DNA of 41,680 bases, from positions 1 through 41,680 of IMG/VR virus record IMGVR_UViG_3300037604_000083. One strand, given 5' to 3'. This document shows positions 8,001-17,119 of the stretch, in pieces. This DNA comes from a virus (Duplodnaviria; Caudoviricetes). The position numbers and the translations under genes are program-made. Under the pieces are notes generated by a model. That model saw only the letters and a list, made by a program, of their open reading frames with translations. It did not search any database and was not told the DNA's origin. Each line of letters opens with the position of its first letter. The first letter of the stretch is position 1.

Positions 8001-11000
8001 TATGCCGCCCTCTCACTGGAATCCGCCGCGGGCAGCTGCTGCACCCAGTTTGCGAAGTTCTGAGACGCCACCAGCTGGATGTTGGCCGCCTGGACAGAGT
8101 CACTGGCTGCGCGCTGAAACTCCGCCGCTGCATCGCGCAGTAACGTGTTCACCTGGCGGTTGATATCCGCCTGATCGGTCGTGAGGCCGTCCAGTGCGCG
8201 CTTCAGGATGCTTTGGGTCTCTGAGCCGACGAACTCCGCCACGCTGGCAAACTGGTCTGCCTGACGGCGCTGCTCGTCTTCCGAGAGGCTGTTAAACACC
8301 TGCCGGTTCAGGTCGAGGATTCTTGCCGCAGTGGCTTCGACTTCCTGGGGATCCACCAGCGATCCCAGTGCCTCGGTCAGGTCGTTGCGCTCTTTCAGGC
8401 GTTTTTCGCGCAGCTGCTCTTCTGACAATATCGATTCGCGGATGTATTCCGCCTGGTCTTCTGAGGCCAGGCCTATCTGTGTCCCGATTTCCTGAATCGC
8501 CAGAGCGTACTCGTACGCCAGCACCTTGTTTTGCTGCAACGCATTGGCGAGGCGATCGGCCGACTCCGCAGATCCATCGTAATCGCGTATCAGGTTGTTG
8601 ATGGCAGTGGTCTGAAACGCGTAAACCTCCAGCAGCGAGGGCTGCACCGCCGTGAACTCCTCGATGGCCTGCGCCGCCGTATTAACACCACTGAGACCAC
8701 TGAGGGCCGCGATGGCGCTCCCGAAGGTGACCAGCTGCTCATTCGTGCCGCTGAAACCGAACACCAGGTCACGCAGGCTCTGATCAAGATCGACAGTCAA
8801 CCCATCAACAGCCGTGAGAGCCTGCGCGTGCTTGACCATTTCCTCCGTGGAATCGGAGTAACTGAAAGCGAGCTCGCGGGCCTGGTCGGACGCATTCGCG
8901 GTGATGTCGTCGATCTGCGCGATCGCAGTGGCATACTCTGCCAGCTCCTCAGCCGAGCCATCGAAATCAAGGGCCAGTTCTTTGACAACATCGCTGACGT
9001 TCGTGGCCTGCTTAATGACCTCCTCGAACGCAAAGCGGTTGAACGCTTCTTCATCGGTGCCGAAATTGCGGTCACCGAATTGGATGCCCGATCGGTTGCC
9101 GACCTCAAACTCACCCGCGAAGTTGGAACCACCGATCGCCTGGGCAAACTGCGCGATTTGCTGCACAGAGGCCGCGACCTGGTCAACGTTCGCCTGGTCG
9201 AAGGACTTACCCACCCCCTGGGCGGACAGTTCGCCAGTGGCAAGATCAAACGTTGCTCGCCCTGAGTTGTTGCCGTTGTTTTGGCCGAACCCGAAAACCT
9301 CACTAAGGCCCTTTTCTATGCCCGAGCCGACGAAGCCACCTATTGCAGCACCGACTGGTCCACCGAGGACAGTGCCCACAAGGGCACCGCCGGTAGAACC
9401 GAGGCCCGAGGTGTCGCCAAACACGGCATCACCCGCGATACCACCAACAATTCCCGCGCCGGCGCTCAGGCCCGCACCAGCAAGCACCTGCGTAGTCCCC
9501 TGAGCGCCAGGAAAAAATACTGCACCCGCGTCCTTGAGAATCGAGGCGGTGTTATCAAGCCCAAACTGGAAAAGGGTCTTAGTCAGGGTATCTCCAAGCC
9601 CCGAGATACTGCCCTGAAGAATTCCTCCGATCGAAGAGAGTAAATCGCCGCCCGCCGGGCCTGCACCCCCACCGGGTATCTGCGGAACTCCAATTGACTG
9701 AAAGGCCGCATTTGCGAATCCGCTAAAGCCCATGCCACCCGCTGCAGTGCCAATACCCAATATGATGCGATTCGCAGCGGCCTCGGCGATCATCTTGACG
9801 ATCATGGCCTTGAAGCCATCGACCAGGGTGTCAAATGCCCCCAGGCCGTCACGGGCGAACTCAAAGAAGAAGTCTGACAGGGTGTCGCGTGATTCTTCCC
9901 ACGCCGCAGTAGCAGCTTTGGCCGCATCCTGGTTTCCCTTCGCCAGATCATCAATGGATTTCTTGGCCTCGGCCTCGGCCTGTTGCTTGTCGTAAAGCAC
10001 GCCGGTAAGCCTGAGTATTTCTTCACGCTCGGCCGCGGTCGCATTAGTGCTCAGCTGGCGCTCCGCAGTGGCCAGTGCAAGCGCCCGGCCCTCTAGCTCC
10101 AGCGCCTCAATCTCAAACTTCAGATCAGAGATCAGCCCCTGCGTTTCGGCGCGCATGGCATTGAGCGTACGATTGCCCTTCTCAATCTCCTCGCGGTTCT
10201 TGAGCTGCTGGGCCTTGCTGGCCTCGAGCGTGCTGATGTAAGTCTCGGTGGATTTCGTGACTTTCTTTTTACTGTCGGCGGACCTCCCTTCCGCAGCTGT
10301 CGTGCTATTGATCAGCTCGAGATTAAGTTCGTACACGGCCTCCAGCTCCGCGAGCTCGGTGCGCATCTTGCGGATTGCGGGCGTCACTCTCCCCCTCGAT
10401 GTAGCTTCAAAAGACTCGAGGCGACTTCTTAATTCATCTATCCTCTCGGCCATTCTTGGCATGTCGTCAGCGGCAAGGCCAGAGAGCGAGGCAAAGGATT
10501 CGGAAACGAACCGAGTCACTCCAGTCACTGCGGTAATGGCTTTCGCGCCCGCAGTGACGATGCTCAACAAAGCAGACGAAATGTCTGTGATGCTTCGCTT
10601 GAACTCCGGCGTAGAGATCACCTCGCGGAGATCCTCAATGCCATCAGTGAGCTCGCTGGTATCTACCTGCCCCAGGGCGTCCTGAACATCGTTGGTCACT
10701 GCCTGCCACACACGGCTGATCGTGACGGGCATCTTGTTGAAGTCGGCCTCGATGTCGTCGGACATACTCAGGATAGCTTTTGAGACAACCTCAGCAGACA
10801 GCTTGCCGTCGGCACCCCACTGCTTGAGCTCGCCACGGTTGATGCCCAGCGCCTCGGTGAGCGCAGTCGTCAGTGCCGCGTTGTTCTCCATCACGGACTT
10901 CAGCTCTTCGCCCTGCAGCGCGCCGGCCGCCAAACCCTGTGACAGCTGAAGTGCAGAGCTGGCTGCTTCTTGGGCGGATGATCCGGAAACGACAAACGAC

Positions 11001-11476
11001 TGATTGACAGCCTTTGTGATGGTGAGCAGCTCGGCGTTGGTGAGATTCAGCTCCTCAGTGGAGCGGGCCAATCGAGCGTAGAGGTTGACAGTCGCCTCAG
11101 TGGCAACGCCTGTCTCATTTGAAAGTCGCAGAGCGTCAGAGTAGACCGCGTTGAGCTCTTCCTGCGAGTCGGTGACAAGGCGCAGCTGGCCTTGCAGTGA
11201 TGCGTAGGTATCTGCCGCCTGGATAGTTTCAGAGACCAGTTTCCCGAGACCGAGCGCGCCGATAAGGCCTTGCAGCCCCGAAAACGACCGAGTGGCCTTG
11301 CCAACAGCTTTGTCAGCGCGGCCGAAGGCGGCCGTAAACTTTTGGGAGGCGGTAGCGGACTGGGTACTTGCGCCTGTCAGGCGCTCGAGTTCCTTACGCG
11401 TGAGATCAATCGAGCGTACAGCGTTCTTGCTGTCACCCCGAATGAGCAGCGTTGTTTGATACGTCTTCTCTGGCAT
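8000..11476 (-). CDS. Tail tape measure protein
   Basis: 1158 aa, Ala-rich and helical; tape-measure domain (LQLSQGLAAGALQGEEL); Gly-rich hydrophobic stretch. Confidence 0.95.
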   Translation of the reverse strand: MPEKTYQTTLLIRGDSKNAVRSIDLTRKELERLTGASTQSATASQKFTAAFGRADKAVGKATRSFSGLQGLIGALGLGKLVSETIQAADTYASLQGQLRLVTDSQEELNAVYSDALRLSNETGVATEATVNLYARLARSTEELNLTNAELLTITKAVNQSFVVSGSSAQEAASSALQLSQGLAAGALQGEELKSVMENNAALTTALTEALGINRGELKQWGADGKLSAEVVSKAILSMSDDIEADFNKMPVTISRVWQAVTNDVQDALGQVDTSELTDGIEDLREVISTPEFKRSITDISSALLSIVTAGAKAITAVTGVTRFVSESFASLSGLAADDMPRMAERIDELRSRLESFEATSRGRVTPAIRKMRTELAELEAVYELNLELINSTTAAEGRSADSKKKVTKSTETYISTLEASKAQQLKNREEIEKGNRTLNAMRAETQGLISDLKFEIEALELEGRALALATAERQLSTNATAAEREEILRLTGVLYDKQQAEAEAKKSIDDLAKGNQDAAKAATAAWEESRDTLSDFFFEFARDGLGAFDTLVDGFKAMIVKMIAEAAANRIILGIGTAAGGMGFSGFANAAFQSIGVPQIPGGGAGPAGGDLLSSIGGILQGSISGLGDTLTKTLFQFGLDNTASILKDAGAVFFPGAQGTTQVLAGAGLSAGAGIVGGIAGDAVFGDTSGLGSTGGALVGTVLGGPVGAAIGGFVGSGIEKGLSEVFGFGQNNGNNSGRATFDLATGELSAQGVGKSFDQANVDQVAASVQQIAQFAQAIGGSNFAGEFEVGNRSGIQFGDRNFGTDEEAFNRFAFEEVIKQATNVSDVVKELALDFDGSAEELAEYATAIAQIDDITANASDQARELAFSYSDSTEEMVKHAQALTAVDGLTVDLDQSLRDLVFGFSGTNEQLVTFGSAIAALSGLSGVNTAAQAIEEFTAVQPSLLEVYAFQTTAINNLIRDYDGSAESADRLANALQQNKVLAYEYALAIQEIGTQIGLASEDQAEYIRESILSEEQLREKRLKERNDLTEALGSLVDPQEVEATAARILDLNRQVFNSLSEDEQRRQADQFASVAEFVGSETQSILKRALDGLTTDQADINRQVNTLLRDAAAEFQRAASDSVQAANIQLVASQNFANWVQQLPAADSSERAA

Positions 11477-11834
11477 TGAGTTCTCGCAACGCCCCTGCCT
11501 CTAGCAAGCGGAGCTGGTGAAATACCTTGTCCTGGTTAGAGTTGCGCCGTACGCCCATGCGGGGCATGACGCGCTCTACCGCCGAATAGTCGAGGCCAAT
11601 CCAAAACAGGCCAGCAAGGCCCACAGTCACACGCCACTGCGTGCTGCAGGCCTCGAAGATTTCCAGTGCTTTCCAGTTGGATGGGTGAACGACGACCGGG
11701 CCGGGTGCCGGTGGCGGAGCTGGCTTATGAGAATCAGGCAGGGAGAGATACTCGCTGCCTTCAGGCTCCATGGTGTCTGGTGATTCGGGGCGTCGCAGTA
11801 GCGCCCACCCTCGCCCGGCTTCAATCAGTTTTTT
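11433..11834 (-). CDS. Tail assembly chaperone, frameshift (gpT-like, DUF1799-like) portion
   Basis: NWKALEIF...TQWR...GLDY...LE.GAL motif; entered by -1 frameshift. Confidence 0.8.
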   Translation of the reverse strand, partial: KKLIEAGRGWALLRRPESPDTMEPEGSEYLSLPDSHKPAPPPAPGPVVVHPSNWKALEIFEACSTQWRVTVGLAGLFWIGLDYSAVERVMPRMGVRRNSNQDKVFHQLRLLEAGALRELNAREDVSNNAAHSG

Positions 11835-12181
11835 GTGAGCGCAGTCCCGTTGACCATGTCCAGGAAACCGGAGTACAGCGCCTCGCAATACTCAACCGCA
11901 TCAAGGGCCACATCGAGGTTCTCGGGGCTGAACTCCACCTCCTCACCCGTTGGGCCTTTGAGGTCACGCCAGCCCAGCAGCCATTCACGAACATGCTCGG
12001 CCTGGTCGTGCTTTTCTGGGAAGGTGCGCAGCCTTTCTGCGGTCTTCTCGCGCCATTGTTGCCGCTGCGTCTGGGTCATTTTCCGGTACGTCGCAACAAA
12101 GCAAACGCTGCCAGAATCATCCCCTACAGGGACCTCAATCTTTACGTCGATCTCAGATCGAACGCCTTTCAGTAAACTCAT
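11825..12181 (-). CDS. Tail assembly chaperone (gpG-like)
   Basis: Between tail tube and TMP; LLGW...FSPENL; ends KN at the slippery site. Confidence 0.85.
   Translation of the reverse strand: MSLLKGVRSEIDVKIEVPVGDDSGSVCFVATYRKMTQTQRQQWREKTAERLRTFPEKHDQAEHVREWLLGWRDLKGPTGEEVEFSPENLDVALDAVEYCEALYSGFLDMVNGTALTKN
11828..11834 (-). other. -1 programmed ribosomal frameshift site A AAA AAC
   Basis: Canonical X XXY YYZ in frame directly before the TGA of 11825..12181; the -1 frame is open to 11433. Confidence 0.85.
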
Positions 12182-12201
12182 AGTATTGCCCTATGCCTTG
12201 T

Positions 12202-12285
12202 CATTGCCTGGTTGAGTAGATCGGCCCACCGCCCACCCGGTTACCCGGGCCGCCAGGCAATGGAAGCGAAAGAGCGGCAGGCCGA
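12202..12285 (-). other. Intergenic structured RNA element (pseudoknot or switch)
   Basis: 14-bp stem 12285-12272/12234-12221 crossing a perfect 10-bp stem 12262-12253/12211-12202, plus a CCCGG-GTAA-CCGGG hairpin. Confidence 0.55.
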
Positions 12286-12291
12286 AAGCGG

Positions 12292-13221
12292 TTATTTGTA
12301 GGTGATGGCCAGTTCGTCGTCGCCCGAAGCCGTAGGCAGCAGGCGGAACGGCAGGCGGTAGCCCTGCTCGCCATTCAGATCAACTTCCTCGATGCCCGAC
12401 AGCTGCATCGCAGGGGCGTCAAACTGGATGATGTCCGGAGTCGCGCCGTGGATGAGCTGGAACGCTTCGGTGGTCACGCCGTTGTTGCTCTCAGCCAGGG
12501 CAAAGAGATCCTTCGCGCTCACGAGCGGGGCCTTGATCACCATGCTGCCTGACATCGCACGATCGGTAATCAGCACCTCTTCGTAGTTCACCAGGTTCAT
12601 ATGGTTAACCGAGTTGCCGAAATCAATCTCCAGCGACTGCAATTCCAGGTCATAGGACCCCAGCGTCGCGGTCGGCGTGTTGGCCTTGTTCACCGGCACC
12701 GGCTTGCGGCTGGGCGTTGGGGCCGGGGTGATCAGCGATGAGGCGATCGGGCGTTGGTAGAAGCCTGTCAGCGTGAAGTTCAGCAGCGGAATCGCGCCGG
12801 CATTGATCGAAATGCCCCCCGTACCGCGCACCCCGAACGTGCGCTGACGCTCACCGTCGCGGTCATAGTAGGTCGAAATCGACTCATAACCACCTGATAC
12901 CGGTTCGTACGCAACACTCACACCCGCGCTGATCGTTTGCGCGAAACCGCAGGCGCGCAGGATCGTTGCAATGTTAGGAGGCGTGCCCAGCGTGCCAGAG
13001 CCTGACATTTCAGCAGAGAACGTGCGCGTCACGTAGGGCGCCGTGTTGATCTCTTCGCGAGCGCCCAGTTCGGAACGGTCATTTTCCCGGGTAACTCGCG
13101 GGCCGCTGTAGATTTCACGGCTCAGACCCTGGGTAATAATGGCATCGGAGTCCGCAGGCGTTGGGTCGGTGCCGTACGTGGATTCGATCTTGCTCAACAA
13201 ATAGAGTTTACGCGTTTTCAC
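12292..13221 (-). CDS. Major tail tube protein
   Basis: KIESTYGTDPTP N-terminus, LRACG, position. Confidence 0.85.
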   Translation of the reverse strand: MKTRKLYLLSKIESTYGTDPTPADSDAIITQGLSREIYSGPRVTRENDRSELGAREEINTAPYVTRTFSAEMSGSGTLGTPPNIATILRACGFAQTISAGVSVAYEPVSGGYESISTYYDRDGERQRTFGVRGTGGISINAGAIPLLNFTLTGFYQRPIASSLITPAPTPSRKPVPVNKANTPTATLGSYDLELQSLEIDFGNSVNHMNLVNYEEVLITDRAMSGSMVIKAPLVSAKDLFALAESNNGVTTEAFQLIHGATPDIIQFDAPAMQLSGIEEVDLNGEQGYRLPFRLLPTASGDDELAITYK

Positions 13222-13366
13222 TGTCAGCTACCTCGCCCTTGGTGTCGGCCTTCGTGTTCTCCGCGACCGTCGTTTGCTTTTGAGGCTGCGCAGGCTGCGT
13301 GCGGTGCACGAGCTTGGGCTCACCCCCCTTCTTGTCAATCAGATAACTGCCGCCTTCTCGTGGCAT
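13208..13366 (-). CDS. Small hypothetical protein (GGSY motif)
   Basis: AGGAG RBS; MPREGGSYL. Confidence 0.6.
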   Translation of the reverse strand: MPREGGSYLIDKKGGEPKLVHRTQPAQPQKQTTVAENTKADTKGEVADSENA

Positions 13367-13379
13367 GACTGTCTCCTGT

Positions 13380-13766
13380 TTAAATGGTTTGCCTGAGATA
13401 TTCCCGGGTGGAGTAGACTTCCTTCCACCAGATATAGCCGCCCTTGATGCCAACGATCGACGCACCCGAAAGCTCAAAAGCGTCATAGTCACCGGTGGTC
13501 CAGCCAATCAGCGCGCTGCGCAGCTGCCCGAGATACGTTTCGTAATCGTCGATGGCGCAGCCCAACAGGCACACCACATCGATTGTCATTGTCTGGTTGA
13601 TGAAGTTGTCTGTAGAGCTGGCTGCCGCACTGTAGCTTTCGGGATAAACCATGATTGTCGGCAGGCCCGTCGACATATCCTCGACCGGCTCGCTGGTAAA
13701 GGCGAACCGCACAGACGGGGTGAGCGCAGAAACCCCCTGCAGGTAAGTAATCAGCTCGGTGATCAT
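13380..13766 (-). CDS. Tail terminator protein
   Basis: Position; LRSALIGW motif. Confidence 0.7.
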   Translation of the reverse strand: MITELITYLQGVSALTPSVRFAFTSEPVEDMSTGLPTIMVYPESYSAAASSTDNFINQTMTIDVVCLLGCAIDDYETYLGQLRSALIGWTTGDYDAFELSGASIVGIKGGYIWWKEVYSTREYLRQTI

Positions 13767-14386
13767 AGAACTCCCGCCCTTCGACCGAGGAAGAAATCAA
13801 GGTTTTTGGCCAACAGCGTATCGGCCTCGCCGCGCATCAGATCGTTGATCTCTTCGAGTACGCCGTCACCGCGCACCATCTGCGCCACGGCCGGCCCCGT
13901 CAGTTTCTTAAGACCCAGCCTGCTGATACCGACGCGCTTAAAAATGTGCCACCCGCCGCCGCCGTCACGACCACCGGCGCGGCCGCGACCCCAGAAAGCC
14001 CCCTCGGGAATGTGGGCTTTTCGGCCCTTCACCACCCGCACACGAGCACCTCGACGGCGACCTGCACGGCTTTTCACCTTCGGGCGTGCGTTCTGCTTTG
14101 GCTCGCCCTGACCGCTGTAACTGGAAAAGCGGCGCAGTGAAATTCGCTCACTCGTGTACACCAGGAAGCCGACAGGGACGCCGTTTTGCACCACAACGCG
14201 CTTTTTCAGCACCGCAGTAATGTCGCGCTGCTTGATGTTGTACCGATCACGAACCGCCCGGTTTACCCGGGTTGCCGCCTTGTTGTGCAGCTGGCGCACT
14301 GTAGAACGCGCCGCCTTCTCAACCACCAGCGGGTCATAGAACTGCATGACCTCGTCCAGGTTGCTGAAACCAACTTCCAGCCTCAC
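13763..14386 (-). CDS. Minor tail/tail completion protein (gpZ-like)
   Basis: Basic protein; GAF...IFKR...GPAVAQM. Confidence 0.75.
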   Translation of the reverse strand: MRLEVGFSNLDEVMQFYDPLVVEKAARSTVRQLHNKAATRVNRAVRDRYNIKQRDITAVLKKRVVVQNGVPVGFLVYTSERISLRRFSSYSGQGEPKQNARPKVKSRAGRRRGARVRVVKGRKAHIPEGAFWGRGRAGGRDGGGGWHIFKRVGISRLGLKKLTGPAVAQMVRGDGVLEEINDLMRGEADTLLAKNLDFFLGRRAGVL

Positions 14387-14682
14387 GTCGAGACCTCATA
14401 TTCCAGACTGTAACCATCGTCAGAAATTCGGCGCCCGATCGTGTAGGTCGTGCCGCCTTCCTCGACGGTGTCGCCCCGCTGTGGGACGAACGTAATATCT
14501 TTTTGCGCTATCCGAAGGGTGTGCACACGGCCCACGACCTGCCCGTTGTCATCGAAGGTCTCGACATCCCTTCGGATAACGCAATTGACGTACCCAGTGA
14601 ACGCACTCGATGTGTACAAAAGGTTGTCGCCGAACACGCCCGTGAGCGTGCTGGCGACATCCTTTGCAAGATCATCAAACAC
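14383..14682 (-). CDS. Head-tail joining protein (gpFII-like)
   Basis: Position; PQRGD...Y.I....DDG. Confidence 0.7.
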   Translation of the reverse strand: MFDDLAKDVASTLTGVFGDNLLYTSSAFTGYVNCVIRRDVETFDDNGQVVGRVHTLRIAQKDITFVPQRGDTVEEGGTTYTIGRRISDDGYSLEYEVST

Positions 14683-14690
14683 CGTCGTGC

Positions 14691-15065
14691 TTACGTGGTG
14701 TACGTGCCCAGGCGAGCGCCGAAATCGACATTCACCAGGGTGACACCGTTGCCGGCTGCGCTAACAGCCACGACCGCATTCTCGATATCACCTGACGCCG
14801 CTGTGCCGATGGCTTTGACGAACTCAGAAGCCGAGGCATCCCAGTCCAGTACATCGCCCACCGCAATCACATCGGCCGATTTACAGGCCACTTCGAAAAC
14901 ACCGCGAACGTGCACAGTGCCTACTTCACCATTGGCCAGGGTGTTGGCTGAAATGCCCACCAGACCGCCGGTGCCCACTGCAACGACTGCGCCAGAAGCC
15001 ACGCTTCCACCGGTGCCGTTGGTCCACTCGACAGTGTTGCCAAGCGCTTTAAAATTAGCTGACAT
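14691..15065 (-). CDS. DUF2190 family capsid cement/decoration protein
   Basis: VASGAVV...G.....GVFE...GD.L.WD; directly after the capsid gene. Confidence 0.85.
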   Translation of the reverse strand: MSANFKALGNTVEWTNGTGGSVASGAVVAVGTGGLVGISANTLANGEVGTVHVRGVFEVACKSADVIAVGDVLDWDASASEFVKAIGTAASGDIENAVVAVSAAGNGVTLVNVDFGARLGTYTT

Positions 15066-15090
15066 AGCTAAATCCTCTTTTCAAGAAATG

Positions 15091-15110
15091 AAAAAGGCCC
15101 CGAAGGGCCT
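15091..15110 (-). terminator. Rho-independent terminator after the capsid gene
   Basis: AGGCCC-TTCG-GGGCCT-TTTT. Confidence 0.75.
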
Positions 15111-15130
15111 CAAGGTAATGCTGGGTTAAC

Positions 15131-17119
15131 CTACGCGCCCGGGTTCTTGTACAGGCCGCGGTAGTCGATCGCCTTGGCCGCGAAATCGTGACGGGCCTTG
15201 ACCTTCACGCCGTCAACATCGAAGCCCATTGCAGTCTCGATGTAGACGCCTTGCTCGCCCTCCAGGTAGCAATACTCAATGGTATCGACCTGGTTGTAGT
15301 CGGCGGCCAAGTACCAGGCGTTACCAGACAAGCGGGGCTCAATCACAGGATTCAGCGAGCGCAAGGTGCTGGGCTGCGCATTGGCCTGGGTATTGGGCGT
15401 GATGTTCGTCAGGAACTGATCAAGCTCAGTTTCCTTGTCTGCACCCACAATCAGGTGTGCAGGCATGACGTTGATCAGGCGGCCCTCGATGCCGGTCTGC
15501 ACGCGCATTGCACCACGACCAGCGCCGACAGAAGCGACGGTGATTGCAGCACCAGAGCCTGCCAGGTTGCCATGGTCACTGTGGAACAAGGCCGTGCCAT
15601 CGCCCAAGGCGGCGTTGGCTGGCAGAATACCCCAGACCAGATCCGACTCCAGGTCAGCCGCAGCACGGCCAAACATCATCGGAATACGGCTGAGCGCATC
15701 CAGGTCGTCGTTGATAATGCTCTGACGGGTAAACGGCAGAATCTTGCCGTAGGTCGCGAGAGAGTATGTCTCTTTCTCGTCGCTCACCTTGCCGTACTTG
15801 AACTCGCCGTCTTCCTTGACCTCTTCAAGCGTAGGCGCGCCACTCAAGCGCACACGATTGATGTCACGGAAATCAGCCGAGGACGAACGGCGGAAAACAC
15901 CCACGAAGGTGCGCGGCGCCGACTCATACCCGGACAACAGCGAACGGTTCATTGCTGAGCCAGTGATGTTGGGCAGGTCGCTGGTAGTCAGCGCACGAGT
16001 GGCGATCTCACGAGACGACAACCCGCGAACTGAGACACCCTCACCGACCAGCAAGTCCTCGCACAGTCGCAGCAGGCTCATGCCAGCATACTCCCGGGCG
16101 CCCTCAGCCAGCTGGTTCTGCGGATCTGCACGATGCAGAATTGCAGAGACGACCGCTTCGCGCTTTGCAGTCACGACAGAGTGGTCGACACCGGTACGAA
16201 TAGTGCGAGTTTCCTCGCTTTCGTCCTGGTCCGCCCACTTGTCAATGATGCGCTGACGAGCATCGTCGATCTCAACACCCTCACGGATCATTTCATCGGC
16301 AAACTCGGGCGGCAGTTTCGCCGTGCGAACTGCGCGCTGAATCTGTGTCACGCGCTCACGCTCTGCGCGTGTGGCCTCAGTTTCGGTGTTGCCGCGAGCC
16401 TCTGCCAGCGCCGCATCAACACGGGCCTGCACTTGCTCCTCGGTCAACAGACCTTCCTGGTTACCTTCATCCGACCGCGTCTCAGCCGCCGGCTCCTGCT
16501 TTGCTTTGGTAGTCATAGCTGACCCCTCTTCAGTTGTGGACGCGACGGCCCGATAGTTAAATTTTGCCTGGCTTGTTTCTCTTTCAGCGGAGCGAGATAC
16601 CGCATCATCGTCGAAGGCGATGGGGACGATTGAAAGCTCAATAGGCTCCCAGTCAACCGCACGGCGTACGTCGATCTCGCCCGTTTTCTCTGTGATGTCC
16701 CACTCGTGGACGTTGTACCCCACGCTGACGTGCCGAAGAATGCCGTCTGCGATGTCCGCAAGGATCGGCGCAACGGCTTCGCGCTGGCTGAAGCGAACCT
16801 CAACCATCAGGTTGCTGTCTTCAATCCAGGCACGCTCCACCACCCCCAGAACGTCGTCAACATCCCAGTTGTTGTGACTGTTCAGGAACGGCGCGCCGTT
16901 GTTGAAGCGGTCCATGCGGACAGCTGACTCGGAAACCTCGAGCTCTTCGTAATAATCCTCATCCCAGTACCGCCGACGCAGGCCGCGGGCACCGGTAGAC
17001 GCAATAAACGTCACCGTTCGGCGCTCCTGGTTGTAGCTGTCAGGCACCGGCGCGGCACGAACGTCCAACATGGGCACTGCCCGGGTTTCAGTCTTCCTGG
17101 CTATTGCCGTCATCGTCAT
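15131..17119 (-). CDS. Prohead protease-major capsid protein fusion
   Basis: N-terminal protease (FLNSH, VSVGY, ELSIVPI); C-terminal capsid (TTSDLP...DYRGLYKNPGA). Confidence 0.92.
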   Translation of the reverse strand: MTMTAIARKTETRAVPMLDVRAAPVPDSYNQERRTVTFIASTGARGLRRRYWDEDYYEELEVSESAVRMDRFNNGAPFLNSHNNWDVDDVLGVVERAWIEDSNLMVEVRFSQREAVAPILADIADGILRHVSVGYNVHEWDITEKTGEIDVRRAVDWEPIELSIVPIAFDDDAVSRSAERETSQAKFNYRAVASTTEEGSAMTTKAKQEPAAETRSDEGNQEGLLTEEQVQARVDAALAEARGNTETEATRAERERVTQIQRAVRTAKLPPEFADEMIREGVEIDDARQRIIDKWADQDESEETRTIRTGVDHSVVTAKREAVVSAILHRADPQNQLAEGAREYAGMSLLRLCEDLLVGEGVSVRGLSSREIATRALTTSDLPNITGSAMNRSLLSGYESAPRTFVGVFRRSSSADFRDINRVRLSGAPTLEEVKEDGEFKYGKVSDEKETYSLATYGKILPFTRQSIINDDLDALSRIPMMFGRAAADLESDLVWGILPANAALGDGTALFHSDHGNLAGSGAAITVASVGAGRGAMRVQTGIEGRLINVMPAHLIVGADKETELDQFLTNITPNTQANAQPSTLRSLNPVIEPRLSGNAWYLAADYNQVDTIEYCYLEGEQGVYIETAMGFDVDGVKVKARHDFAAKAIDYRGLYKNPGA

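Noticed and set aside
6008-9503. Long + strand ORFs (e.g. 6008..6847, 8531..9265, 8901..9503)
   Set aside because: Antisense shadows of GC-rich tail genes with no RBS or recognisable motifs
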